From a bacterium (GTDB lineage Bacteria > Zhuqueibacterota > Zhuqueibacteria > Oceanimicrobiales > Oceanimicrobiaceae), in the NCBI GenBank assembly GCA_046757025.1, contig JBHHXN010000043.1, positions 1 through 34,382 of the forward strand: 34,382 nt of DNA. The letters are read 5' to 3'. The notes under the pieces are model-generated. The model made no database searches and was not told where the DNA came from. It worked only from the letters and a program-made list of their open reading frames with translations. Positions 18,424-27,758 of this stretch are shown here, piece after piece. Within the stretch, counting starts at the first letter, position 1. The number at the start of each line of letters is the position of its first letter. Made by a program: the position numbers and the translations under genes.

Positions 18424-18948
18424 ATGAAAGAACTACTCTATTTCTCCTCATCAGATTTAATGATCCAGGTACAATATCACCAAAAGGATAATTCCTTGCA
18501 TTATTATTCGCATCGAAATTTGACCTTTGGTGAACGCGTTATCGTAGAGCAGTACCTGCTGACGAATATTGCCGTTAAAACGGATTATTATAAGAAATCG
18601 CCGGCAATATTAAATTATTTGGGTTTAGATAAAAAATTGATCAAGGAACTGAACCAATTTCATCTAAAAAACACCATTAAAAATTTGAAGGACAAAGACC
18701 AGGATGTGGACAATTCTGTCAAAGATTTGATCGACCGATCGATGTTGAATTATTATTTTGAACAAATTGGCAACGTAATCCTGGAAATACGCAACATCAT
18801 TAAAGATCCATCCCCGCACAATCAAATTAATGATTACAAAGACCAATTAGAAAAATTAATTCAGGCTTATAATCTTTATTCGGAACGCAAAGTGACGTAT
18901 CAGGATGTGTTGCCAAAAGAATTGATTCCCTTTTTCGAACAAGTTTAA
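18424..18948 (+). CDS. Hypothetical cytoplasmic protein
   Basis: Open frame; ATG 18424 preferred over TTG 18415 (GAGG just upstream); no family recognised. Confidence 0.7.
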   Translation: MKELLYFSSSDLMIQVQYHQKDNSLHYYSHRNLTFGERVIVEQYLLTNIAVKTDYYKKSPAILNYLGLDKKLIKELNQFHLKNTIKNLKDKDQDVDNSVKDLIDRSMLNYYFEQIGNVILEIRNIIKDPSPHNQINDYKDQLEKLIQAYNLYSERKVTYQDVLPKELIPFFEQV

Positions 18949-18981
18949 AATAGTCCACGAAACATTTTATAGGAGATTTAT

Positions 18982-20235
18982 ATGAATAGGAAATTCACTA
19001 AATTGTTGTTAATATTAACTCTTTGTTTGTTTGTACCTGTTTCCTATTCGCAGACTGCGGCAAATAAATGGAGTGTTGGTTTGAATGTCGGGGGACAAAA
19101 ACTTTATGGAGACGGCAGCACAACCAATGTCGGACTGGGACCCGGATTTGAAGGATTGGTTTCCTACAAAGTCTTGAGATTTATTGATTTGTCTTTTGCA
19201 TTGGGTTACAGCATGCTAAAGTATGATCGCCCAGGCAAGATAAATAGTTTTACCGATATTATCAATTCAGATGTCAAAGGAATTTTTGAGATTTATTCAA
19301 AAGGGATATTCCGTCCTTATATAACCCTCGGTTTGGGATTGTTGAACGTTCGTGTAGGCGGAATCAGTGGTCGTTTTTGGGAAGAATCGGTTTTTGGCGG
19401 AGGCGGCGTTAAATTTCTGATAAATTCACGATTTACAGCCATGCTTGGCGCTGACTACCGCATGACAAATGGCGATGCGCTTGACCTCACAAATGGCGGC
19501 GCAAACGACGGCTACCTCAATGTACGGAGCGGTGTGAACTACAACTTGTCACGCGCTGCGGCGGATGACGAACAGCCCGATGTTATCGCCAGCGAACGAG
19601 CGCCGTTATTTGAAGTAGAAGATGAGCCCGTTACCAACGAATTGCAAAATGACTATCCCGTGAACGGTGAATTAGAAACCCAAAATATGGAAGAGTACGT
19701 TAAATTAAAATCACGGATCGATGCTTTGACAGAAAGCGTGGACAAGAAAGAAAATGAAATTGACCGGCTTCGAAATGATCTGACAACCAGAAAACGGCAG
19801 TTAACCTCTATGGAGACGAAAGCAGCCAGGCAGCCAGCGATACCGCTTTCAAAGCGGTCGTCCATGTCGGGATTTTCTGAAATCTACGAACAAGCCTTGA
19901 CCAACTATTACAACAAAAGTTATCAAGATGCCAATTCACTGTTCGGGATGCTGCTGCAGAAATTTCCTCAACATTCTCTGGCAAGCAATTGTCAATATTG
20001 GATTGCCCAAAGCCTGCTGGCTATGAACCGTTACCAGGAAGCGATTGCGGCGTTTAACAAGGTTTTGAGCTATCGAAGGTCATTAAAAAAAGATGATGCT
20101 TTGTTTTTGTTGGGCAAAGCTTACTTGAAAATCGGTTCGGGAGAAAAGGCCAAACAAACATTTTCGCGCTTGATTCAAGATTATCCCAGAAGTGAATTTA
20201 TCAAAGATGCCATGGATTATGTCGCAAAGTTATAA
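18982..20235 (+). CDS. Outer-membrane beta-barrel + coiled coil + CpoB(YbgF)-like TPR protein
   Basis: AGGAG RBS; signal peptide; amphipathic strands (WSVGLNVGG, RPYITLGLG, YLNVRSGVNYNL); heptad segment; TPRs with FPQHSLASNCQYW and KKDDALFLLG. Confidence 0.8.
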   Translation: MNRKFTKLLLILTLCLFVPVSYSQTAANKWSVGLNVGGQKLYGDGSTTNVGLGPGFEGLVSYKVLRFIDLSFALGYSMLKYDRPGKINSFTDIINSDVKGIFEIYSKGIFRPYITLGLGLLNVRVGGISGRFWEESVFGGGGVKFLINSRFTAMLGADYRMTNGDALDLTNGGANDGYLNVRSGVNYNLSRAAADDEQPDVIASERAPLFEVEDEPVTNELQNDYPVNGELETQNMEEYVKLKSRIDALTESVDKKENEIDRLRNDLTTRKRQLTSMETKAARQPAIPLSKRSSMSGFSEIYEQALTNYYNKSYQDANSLFGMLLQKFPQHSLASNCQYWIAQSLLAMNRYQEAIAAFNKVLSYRRSLKKDDALFLLGKAYLKIGSGEKAKQTFSRLIQDYPRSEFIKDAMDYVAKL

Positions 20236-20372
20236 TTAGTGTCTGAACGAAAACTACCCTATCTCTCCAGAGGCCTCCTGGCCGTGGGTCAATTTCTACG
20301 TGGCTCAGCGGGGACGCCTTCGCGAAGAGGTTTAGAAATCGCGCATTTCTATAGTTTTCGTCCAGACACTAA
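20236..20372. mobile_element. MITE-like element copy C (137 bp), inverted relative to copy B
   Basis: TTAGTGTCTGAACGAAAACT / AGTTTTCGTCCAGACACTAA termini; interior collinear with 6141-6300 apart from an approximately 24-nt indel. Confidence 0.8.
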
Positions 20373-20622
20373 GTTGCGCTTATCCCGGCTCAGCCTTAAT
20401 CTCCAAAACCTCCAGGACTCATTTCTGGTGGTTTTTTTTTGTAATTTTGATTTCACTCAATTAATATCTTGATTTTTTAATTTTTTTTTGTAAAATTACT
20501 TAATCTAATTCAAATCGTTGTATCCTTCAATTCATGTCAACAAACATTGCAAAATACTGCTTAACACGACAAAATTAAGCCTTCATAGTCATTCATTTTA
20601 ATTATCGTCAGGGACATTGTAT

Positions 20623-22620
20623 ATGAACAATTTAAGCGTACTTATTGCTGGCACCAGCAGTTCTTATCTTGAGATATCCAAAAAAATGTTGAAATTTCAT
20701 TACAATGAGTGTGAAGTAGATTTCGCGTATTCCGGCAATGAATGTATTAACAAAGTCAATAACAATTTATATGACCTGGTTTTGTTTGATTATTACCTGG
20801 GCGACATCAACGGACACGATGTCATCGATACGTTAAGAATGCAGGGAAACAAAGTTCCGCTGATCATGTTGACTGAAGAAGGGGAGGACGAAATCGCAAG
20901 TCAGGCCATCGAAAAAGGCGCATCGGATTATATCATGAAAGTACGGGGCTACCTGACCGCCTTGCCGATTACGGTTAGAAATATCTTGGAAAGAGCTCAT
21001 GTCAACGAAGCAGCCAAACCGTTGATACCGGCGCTAAAAATCAAACACACAAAAAACGGAAAAGAGGGAAGTTTTATTTTAGATCGCAGCGGGCGCATCC
21101 TGTCCGTAAATAATCGCATGGAAGAACTTACCGATTACAGCGAAGATGAATTGACCGAGCTAAACTTATTTGATCTCCTGCCAAAAGAAGAAACCCAGTC
21201 ATTCACTAATTGGCTGAACTCCTCTGATGAAAATGGCAATCCCGTTCAATCATTTAAAACAGAAATTATCAGCAAGACCGGCAATAAAATTCTTTTGGAG
21301 ATCAATCTTTCTGCCATTAAGGATGAAAATCAGCAAGTGGTCAGTTTTCGCGGCAAAGCTGAAAACGTTCTAGATGAGAAAAGTACGCATGTAGTTCCGG
21401 AGAGCAGAGTCGATCAACTCAACATGATCAACCAGGTTTCTCAAATCATCGTCACAAGTTATTATGAACCGTTCAATGTTTTTCTTGAACAAATTGCGGA
21501 GTTATGCTGCCAAACATTTCGTTTTAAACGCGCTACCATCGCCCTTTTGGATAAGCGAAAAAAGGTCTTCATCAAGCAAGCGATGGTCGGTTACCCAGGC
21601 GCACCGCCCGCAAATGGTCAGAATATGGAAGTTCCACTGGAAGTTATCCAGAGGGTATTCGCCAACCGATTTCGAGTGAAGGTCATCTACTACAACCAGG
21701 TACAGCGCGAGCCGGCCAGCTACCTCAACGCCAAATTTCCGGAACGCCGCACTCAAAAAAGAAGGCTGCCTTCGCAATGGCACAAACGCGATTTGATTCT
21801 ACTGAACTTGATGAATAGCGAAGGGCAGACCTACGGTTATATTTCATTAGATAATCCCATCGAAAACAACTCACCGACCCGCAATACCTTTGAAAATCTC
21901 GAACTTTTTGGGCAATTGGTTTCCACGGCCATTGAAAATTATTATCAGTTTTCAACGCTGGAAAAGCGCTCGCGACGATTGAAGCAAATGCTGGTGACCA
22001 GCAACATTTTCAAATTGTATTTGAGTTTGAAAGAACTGTTGCAGGAGGTGGCCTGGGCCATCAAATTTTCAATGGACTTCAATTTTGTGGGGTTGGGACT
22101 CATCAGTAAGTCCAGTGGCAATTTGGAGCTGAAAGCAGTGGCTTGCGATGATAAAATCAAACAAGAGCATCTGTTGGGCATGCAATTGCCATTGAAGTCG
22201 TTTTCCAAATTATTTCGCAGCGAGTATTTGCGCAGTAAATCTTATTTAGTCGTAAAAGATGAAGAAGTTTTGCATCCCATCAAACACATTTATTATGGGG
22301 CCGGCTATGGCGAGGATAGCGAGCAACAGTGGCGGCCGTGGTACTTTTTGCTTGTGCCCATCAAATCTCGCGAAGGCAAGGTTATCGGTGTTTTAATGGT
22401 GGACGATCCCGTGAATAAAAAACTACCGCTGAAAGATTCCATCCGCACTCTGGAAATATTGGCCAATCAGGTGGCTGTTGCCATCGACAACCGCATCCTC
22501 TACATCCAGGCTCAAAAACGTATTGAGGAGCTTAAAGCGCAATTGCCTGACGCCATCCACGAAGTTCCAAACCCCCAAAACTCAGGTCTCAGCCATTTTG
22601 TCGGTAAAATTTTCAAGTGA
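20623..22620 (+). CDS. Signal transduction protein REC-PAS-GAF-GAF without recognisable output domain
   Basis: REC (DLVLFDY, IMLT, DYIMK), PAS (FILDRSGRILSVN..TDYSEDEL), two GAF-like segments ending STAIEN and AVAIDN; ATG 20623 or TTG 20617. Confidence 0.8.
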   Translation: MNNLSVLIAGTSSSYLEISKKMLKFHYNECEVDFAYSGNECINKVNNNLYDLVLFDYYLGDINGHDVIDTLRMQGNKVPLIMLTEEGEDEIASQAIEKGASDYIMKVRGYLTALPITVRNILERAHVNEAAKPLIPALKIKHTKNGKEGSFILDRSGRILSVNNRMEELTDYSEDELTELNLFDLLPKEETQSFTNWLNSSDENGNPVQSFKTEIISKTGNKILLEINLSAIKDENQQVVSFRGKAENVLDEKSTHVVPESRVDQLNMINQVSQIIVTSYYEPFNVFLEQIAELCCQTFRFKRATIALLDKRKKVFIKQAMVGYPGAPPANGQNMEVPLEVIQRVFANRFRVKVIYYNQVQREPASYLNAKFPERRTQKRRLPSQWHKRDLILLNLMNSEGQTYGYISLDNPIENNSPTRNTFENLELFGQLVSTAIENYYQFSTLEKRSRRLKQMLVTSNIFKLYLSLKELLQEVAWAIKFSMDFNFVGLGLISKSSGNLELKAVACDDKIKQEHLLGMQLPLKSFSKLFRSEYLRSKSYLVVKDEEVLHPIKHIYYGAGYGEDSEQQWRPWYFLLVPIKSREGKVIGVLMVDDPVNKKLPLKDSIRTLEILANQVAVAIDNRILYIQAQKRIEELKAQLPDAIHEVPNPQNSGLSHFVGKIFK

Positions 22621-22809
22621 TAAAGCTGTAAACTCAGTCACTCATTTTACAGCGTGGGGAGACCGTATTTCTGTGCCAATTATAGCTCATTATCCAAGTG
22701 TCCTTTCTGTTGCCATACTTCCACTTGGCTTTTTCCCCTCTTGATAAAATGATAAAAATCCCCGTGTTTGACTTTGCACACAGCCTCTTTAACTAGCAAA
22801 CAATTTCTC

Positions 22810-22838
22810 TTGACTTCAACGGGGCAATTTATTACTTT
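22810..22838 (+). promoter_or_regulatory. Candidate sigma70 promoter
   Basis: TTGACT (22810-22815), 17-nt spacer, TACTTT (22833-22838). Confidence 0.6.
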
Positions 22839-22846
22839 ACGCACAA

Positions 22847-23085
22847 AATTATTGGAATAAATGGTTCGTGATGGATATTTAATTGTCGTATAACGACAAG
22901 AATACGGCTATTCAGTTAGCCTTCTTAAGGAACCTTTTGATGTTGTTCAGAGACCGATGTGAGCCTCTCGAAAGGATTAATTCCACAATTGAAGAATCTC
23001 TGAGGCCCCAACTTTATTCACTCTGTCAAATTGAGTGGTATGAGATTCTTCGCGATTACGCAGATCGGGATCATTCAGAATGACG
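22847..23085 (+). ncRNA. Candidate structured RNA / long 5' leader, family not recognised
   Basis: Begins at predicted TSS; dense nested stems including TTGTCGT/ACGACAA, GGCTA/TAGCC, CCTTTTGA/TCGAAAGG, GAAGAATCTC/GAGATTCTTC. Confidence 0.35.
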
Positions 23086-23161
23086 AATTTGAAGACGTGC
23101 TGAGCTAACAGAATAAGCTTATGATTAGTATAAATTTCAGACATTAAAATCAAAAATACAT

Positions 23162-24421
23162 TTGTTTTTACCACTTAAACGGTTTTCTTTTTATTCAGGA
23201 CTGATCTGTATTTTATTCATAGCGTGCACAGATCGCGATAGAACAAACCCACTGGATCCCAAAAATCCGGAAACCCTGGGTCGTCCCACCGGCGTCACCG
23301 TTATTTCAAATTTAGACACCGTAAAATTAAGCTGGAATTTCATATCATTAAATGACCTGGTGGGTTATCGAATCTATCGCAAAGCACAATTGCAACAGCC
23401 GTTTCAACCAATTGAACTGGTTGCCTCTGAAAAAACCACCTTTCTCGATCTGGATGTCGATTTCGATGTGGATTACACTTATAAGATAACGGCTGTAGGC
23501 AATGATTACGAAAGTCCGCCATCGGATTCTGTAAAGATAGCCCCTGGCCCAACTTATAATTGGGCAGGCAATAATCTCGCCAGTCAATTGATAAAATTAA
23601 CGCATGATGCTCGTCATCAAATTATAACGAGGACGGGTTTTTTCCCCATCGTCGATATCGAAGTCAACTCGAAACGCCGGGAAGTCTGGGTGATCGAGAA
23701 CCTCGATGAAGAGATCGGGAACGCCATTCGCGTAACAAGCGGCGGCGAGGTCCTGCGCCCTTTTGTTGAATTTACCTCGCCAGTGGATGCGGCGCTCGAT
23801 TTAAATTCAGGTGCACTCTGGGTTGCCGATGAAATAGCCAGCCAAGTGGCGAAAGTCGATTCAATTGGGCAGAATCTGTTTACGATTGTAGATTTCTTAG
23901 CACCGGTCGCAGTCTCGGTGGATCAGAACAGCGGCGATTGCTGGGTCGTGGACAGGCTGGCGAATAAAATTGCTCGCATCAACCGTGATGGCACGCAAGT
24001 AGTGTTTTCACCGGAAAATTTTGATTCCCCCACAAGTTTAGCGGTGAATTCATCGCAGGGGCATGTGTGGGTAGCAGACAAACAGCAGGTTTACCGTGTG
24101 AACAATGACGGGATTATTGAACTGCAATTGGCAGTGGCGGCATCGAAAATTGCGATCAATGAAAACACAAACGATATCTGGATAATCAATCTTACAAAAA
24201 CCAATGTTAGCAAATGGGATGAAACCGGTACAAAAATGTTTGAGGTGAATGAATTTACCTCAGCCGAGGCTTTGTCCATCAATTCGTTTAATAACAGTTG
24301 CCTGGTAGCAGATTCGAAAAATAACCGCCTGGTGCGAATATCTGAAGATGGCAAAATTCTGAATCGTTTTGAACAAATTAGCGCACCTACTGCGGTGGCG
24401 GTTCAAAATCCTTTCGATTAA
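23162..24421 (+). CDS. Lipoprotein with FN3-like domain and NHL-type beta-propeller
   Basis: Lipobox LFIA-C; FN3-like VKLSW..GYRIYR..YTYKITAV..ES; repeats P..[LV]AV....G..WVAD. Confidence 0.85.
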   Translation: MFLPLKRFSFYSGLICILFIACTDRDRTNPLDPKNPETLGRPTGVTVISNLDTVKLSWNFISLNDLVGYRIYRKAQLQQPFQPIELVASEKTTFLDLDVDFDVDYTYKITAVGNDYESPPSDSVKIAPGPTYNWAGNNLASQLIKLTHDARHQIITRTGFFPIVDIEVNSKRREVWVIENLDEEIGNAIRVTSGGEVLRPFVEFTSPVDAALDLNSGALWVADEIASQVAKVDSIGQNLFTIVDFLAPVAVSVDQNSGDCWVVDRLANKIARINRDGTQVVFSPENFDSPTSLAVNSSQGHVWVADKQQVYRVNNDGIIELQLAVAASKIAINENTNDIWIINLTKTNVSKWDETGTKMFEVNEFTSAEALSINSFNNSCLVADSKNNRLVRISEDGKILNRFEQISAPTAVAVQNPFD

Positions 24422-24557
24422 TCTGTGAATAAAATGGTTTTCGAACGCGATCGAGTATGACGCATTAAAACAGTTTGTTTTTGGAATCCCCATTTTTTCA
24501 ATATTTACCCAAATTTAATTGTAAACGACTTTTTGTAATCGCCACTAAATTGAATTC

Positions 24558-26657
24558 ATGCATTCACGTAAACAGACAAGCATTCAACTGATTGCCGCAT
24601 TTGTTTTACTGGGAATCCTGATTTTTTTTGATTTCCTTTTTTATTTAAACGGTAAATTTCCTGCAGGCGTCAAATATTTACGGGAAATATTTATCCTGAT
24701 GACGATGACGGCCTTCTATCCTGTCATTAAAAGGAACCGTTTCATTGAAAACAAAGACGTCTTGACGAAATTGAAAGGTCTCTACATTGCGATTGCAGGG
24801 ATTTATACCAGCTACGTGCTTTTAAAAATCGGTTTAGGACCCATTTCTCGAATCATCAAAATCAAAAGTCGCTCCCCCGACATTTTATTTGGCTCGTTTG
24901 GGTCTTTTTTTTACAGCATGATTTTTTCACTTTTTACTGCGGTGATTTTGATCAACGCATTTTTGCTCCTGAAGGATCTTATTTTTATTAAAAGAAAACG
25001 TTCATCCTCGCGAAATTTTATCCTGCTGGTGAGTTTTTTGTGTCTGCACATTGTCATTGTAAATTTAAAAGAATTGACGCTGCCCTCTAATTTTCATTTG
25101 TTTCGTAATGAAATGGTCGGCGAGACGATTTTTTATATTTTAATCGTGTTGATGGTGGTGAACTCCTTCCGCAATTCGTGGGTGAATTATTTAAACAAAA
25201 GTCAAAAGATAAACTGTCTGTGGCTTGGCATTCCTTTGTTTGTGGGTGCGATTATCCTGGAATCGTATATTATTCGCGATCCGGCTTTGCAAGCGTACAG
25301 CGTTTCCCTGGCCGGTTTAACCGAAAACATGGGTCTTTTCTTGAATATTTATATAGGAATGAGCTTTATTAGCTTGTTGCTGCACCTGCCAACCGCAGGC
25401 ATTTTTGATCGCAAAATACGCGAGATTGAATCATTACACGATTTAAGCCGTACACTACCCTTTGTATTTGATTCAAACAAAATTATACAAATAATCACAA
25501 AAAATGCTGCCGCCGCCATGAACTCTGATGCATTGTGGTTGCAGATGACGGAAACCCCTTCCAGGTCGTCGCAAGTACTGACCTCCTCGAGGATAAAAGG
25601 GCACAATACTCTTGCTTTGCAGCAAAAGCCGGCTGATGAATTGGATGATTGGATCGTGCAAAACAAGCAATCGGTATTGATAAATGAAACGGCGAAAGAT
25701 CCCCGATGTGAGTCCCTGAAAAAATGGCATCATAGTATAAATTCCATTGTGGGTGTCCCGCTGGTTTCGAAAAATGGCGTTACTTGTATTTTATATTCCG
25801 GTAAAATCGAAACTTTTGCTTATGATGAAGAAGATCGAATTTTGCTGCAGGCGTTTGCCAATCAGGCCTCCATTGCGCTGGAAAATGCGCGATTGATGGA
25901 GGAATTGGTGGCAAAAGAGCGATTTGAACAGGAGCTGAAAATCGCCCAGGATGCACAAAAAAAGTTGCTGCCCAAAAGCATGCCGCGCATTCGCGGGTTG
26001 GACGTGGACGCCATAAGCATCACGGCCAATGAGGTAGGAGGGGATTACTATGATTTCTACAAACTGGAAGAGAAATTGGCCGTCGCAGTGGGCGATGTCT
26101 CCGGCAAAGGTGCGAAAGCCGCCTTCTACATGGCGGAATTGAAGGGAATCATCGAATCGTTGAGCAACATTTACACTTCACCAAAAGAGCTGATGGTCCA
26201 TATAAACCAATCCCTGTGCCGAAATTTAGATCGAACCTCTTTCATCAGTCTAATTTATTCGATCATCGATCCGATAAAAAAAGAGCTGATATTTGCCCGG
26301 GCCGGTCATTGCCCGCTGTTGATTTGCTCTGGAAAGAATGGGGAAACGCAATTTTTAGAGCCGCCAGGGTTGGGGCTGGGGCTGGAATACAGTGTCCTAT
26401 TTGCTGAAACTCTCGTGGAGGAAAAACTCAAACTAAATACAGGGGATGTTTTGATTTTTTACACCGATGGGGTGATCGAAGCCAGAAATGTGGAAAAAAA
26501 GGAATTTGAGCAGAACCGTCTTAGAAAACTGGTCGCTGAAAATTATCGCTCGAGCGCTTCGCAGATCAAAGAGTTGTTGGTCAAAGAAATACAAGATTTT
26601 GTAGGAAAAGCAAAATCTCACGACGATTTAACTTTTATTGTGGCAAAAGTCAATTGA
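24558..26657 (+). CDS. Multi-TM GAF-PP2C (SpoIIE/RsbU-type) phosphatase
   Basis: About 8 hydrophobic segments in first 280 aa, GAF ending ANQASIALEN, PP2C motifs VGGDYYD, GDVSGKG, YTDG, HDDLT. Confidence 0.92.
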   Translation: MHSRKQTSIQLIAAFVLLGILIFFDFLFYLNGKFPAGVKYLREIFILMTMTAFYPVIKRNRFIENKDVLTKLKGLYIAIAGIYTSYVLLKIGLGPISRIIKIKSRSPDILFGSFGSFFYSMIFSLFTAVILINAFLLLKDLIFIKRKRSSSRNFILLVSFLCLHIVIVNLKELTLPSNFHLFRNEMVGETIFYILIVLMVVNSFRNSWVNYLNKSQKINCLWLGIPLFVGAIILESYIIRDPALQAYSVSLAGLTENMGLFLNIYIGMSFISLLLHLPTAGIFDRKIREIESLHDLSRTLPFVFDSNKIIQIITKNAAAAMNSDALWLQMTETPSRSSQVLTSSRIKGHNTLALQQKPADELDDWIVQNKQSVLINETAKDPRCESLKKWHHSINSIVGVPLVSKNGVTCILYSGKIETFAYDEEDRILLQAFANQASIALENARLMEELVAKERFEQELKIAQDAQKKLLPKSMPRIRGLDVDAISITANEVGGDYYDFYKLEEKLAVAVGDVSGKGAKAAFYMAELKGIIESLSNIYTSPKELMVHINQSLCRNLDRTSFISLIYSIIDPIKKELIFARAGHCPLLICSGKNGETQFLEPPGLGLGLEYSVLFAETLVEEKLKLNTGDVLIFYTDGVIEARNVEKKEFEQNRLRKLVAENYRSSASQIKELLVKEIQDFVGKAKSHDDLTFIVAKVN

Positions 26658-26831
26658 TTTTCTTATATTTACTAAATTTTAAAAAATGTTTGTTGCAGGG
26701 TGGATTGATTTATTCAATAGAATTCTGCAAAATTGGGTGTGCAACAGTTGGGTTGCAGCAGGCTGAAACCTGAGCACCCCTCCGTAATTTCATTTTACAG
26801 AAGCCTATTATTCATTGTAAAGGAGGATTAA

Positions 26832-27182
26832 ATGGAAGGGTTTGAAGTTACTAAGAGTGAAAATGATGGAATCTCGATATTATACATTAAGGGATACTTA
26901 GATGCCCATACTGCACAGGATTTGGAAAACGCCTTTCAGCAATTAGTTGACGCCAAAAAATATAATATTGTGGTAAATTTCAAAGATTTAAATTATATAA
27001 GTAGCGCGGGTCTGGGAGTGTTCATGGGTTTTATTGAAGACATTCGCAAGAATGGTGGAGACATTAAATTGACAAATATGAAACCGAAAATATACCGAGT
27101 CTTTGATCTTTTGGGATTTCCAACGCTATATGACATTTTGGAAGAAGAAGAGAAAGCTTTGTCGAAATTCAAGGTATTGTAA
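26832..27182 (+). CDS. STAS anti-sigma factor antagonist (RsbV/SpoIIAA-like)
   Basis: AGGAGG RBS; GYLDAHTA, YISSAGLG (phospho-Ser motif), FDLLG. Confidence 0.93.
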   Translation: MEGFEVTKSENDGISILYIKGYLDAHTAQDLENAFQQLVDAKKYNIVVNFKDLNYISSAGLGVFMGFIEDIRKNGGDIKLTNMKPKIYRVFDLLGFPTLYDILEEEEKALSKFKVL

Positions 27183-27247
27183 ATCAGACAGGGTGTTGAT
27201 TATGAAATTAGAAGACAAAAATAAGAATTCAATGGTGCCCAAAAAAG

Positions 27248-27724
27248 GTGGTGAATATCTTGCCTGAGAAGATTCAAAACAAATACCATTTAAAATTGCC
27301 CAGCCAATCCGAAAATCTGTCGATTGTTCGAGAATTGGTGGCAAAGGTGGCTAGTAAAGTCGGATTTAATAAAGATGATGTAAGCAAAATAGAATTAGCT
27401 GTGGATGAAGCTTGCGCAAATGTCATCAAACACGCTTATGGAAAAAATTCTAAAAATTTTATCGATGTCATCATCAAAATTGATAACAAGAAATTAATGG
27501 TGACCGTCACCGACAGCGGAAAAGGTTTCAACCCGAAAGACATTAAAATTCCGGACATGAAAGACTATTTGTCTGAAATGCGGGTGGGAGGACTCGGTCT
27601 TTATTTAATAGAAACATTGATGGATAAAGTCGACTTCAATGTCAAACCCGGAATTAAAAATCAAGTTAAAATGATCAAATATCTGAATAAAGGTCAGTCT
27701 GGAAAGCAGGCCGTTTCAAGTTAA
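27248..27724 (+). CDS. Anti-sigma factor / serine kinase (RsbW-like HATPase)
   Basis: LAVDEACANVIKHAY (N box), DSGKGF (G1), GGLGLYLI (G2); start could be TTG 27260. Confidence 0.92.
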   Translation: MVNILPEKIQNKYHLKLPSQSENLSIVRELVAKVASKVGFNKDDVSKIELAVDEACANVIKHAYGKNSKNFIDVIIKIDNKKLMVTVTDSGKGFNPKDIKIPDMKDYLSEMRVGGLGLYLIETLMDKVDFNVKPGIKNQVKMIKYLNKGQSGKQAVSS

Positions 27725-27758
27725 ATTAATCTAATAACTATTACGCACCCTTACGCTT

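Noticed and set aside
20239..20472. 77-aa ORF
   Set aside because: Starts within the MITE terminal repeat and reads through non-coding repeat and poly-T DNA.
20469..20496. Promoter-like TTGATT-16-TAAAAT
   Set aside because: Lies in a very T-rich tract where such matches arise by chance.
22883..23083. 66-aa ORF as a real gene
   Set aside because: TTG start without a clear RBS and no motif; not excluded, but RNA structure is the stronger signal.
26686..26705. sigmaB-like promoter GTTT..GGGT upstream of the STAS gene
   Set aside because: Spacer is far shorter than a sigmaB promoter requires.
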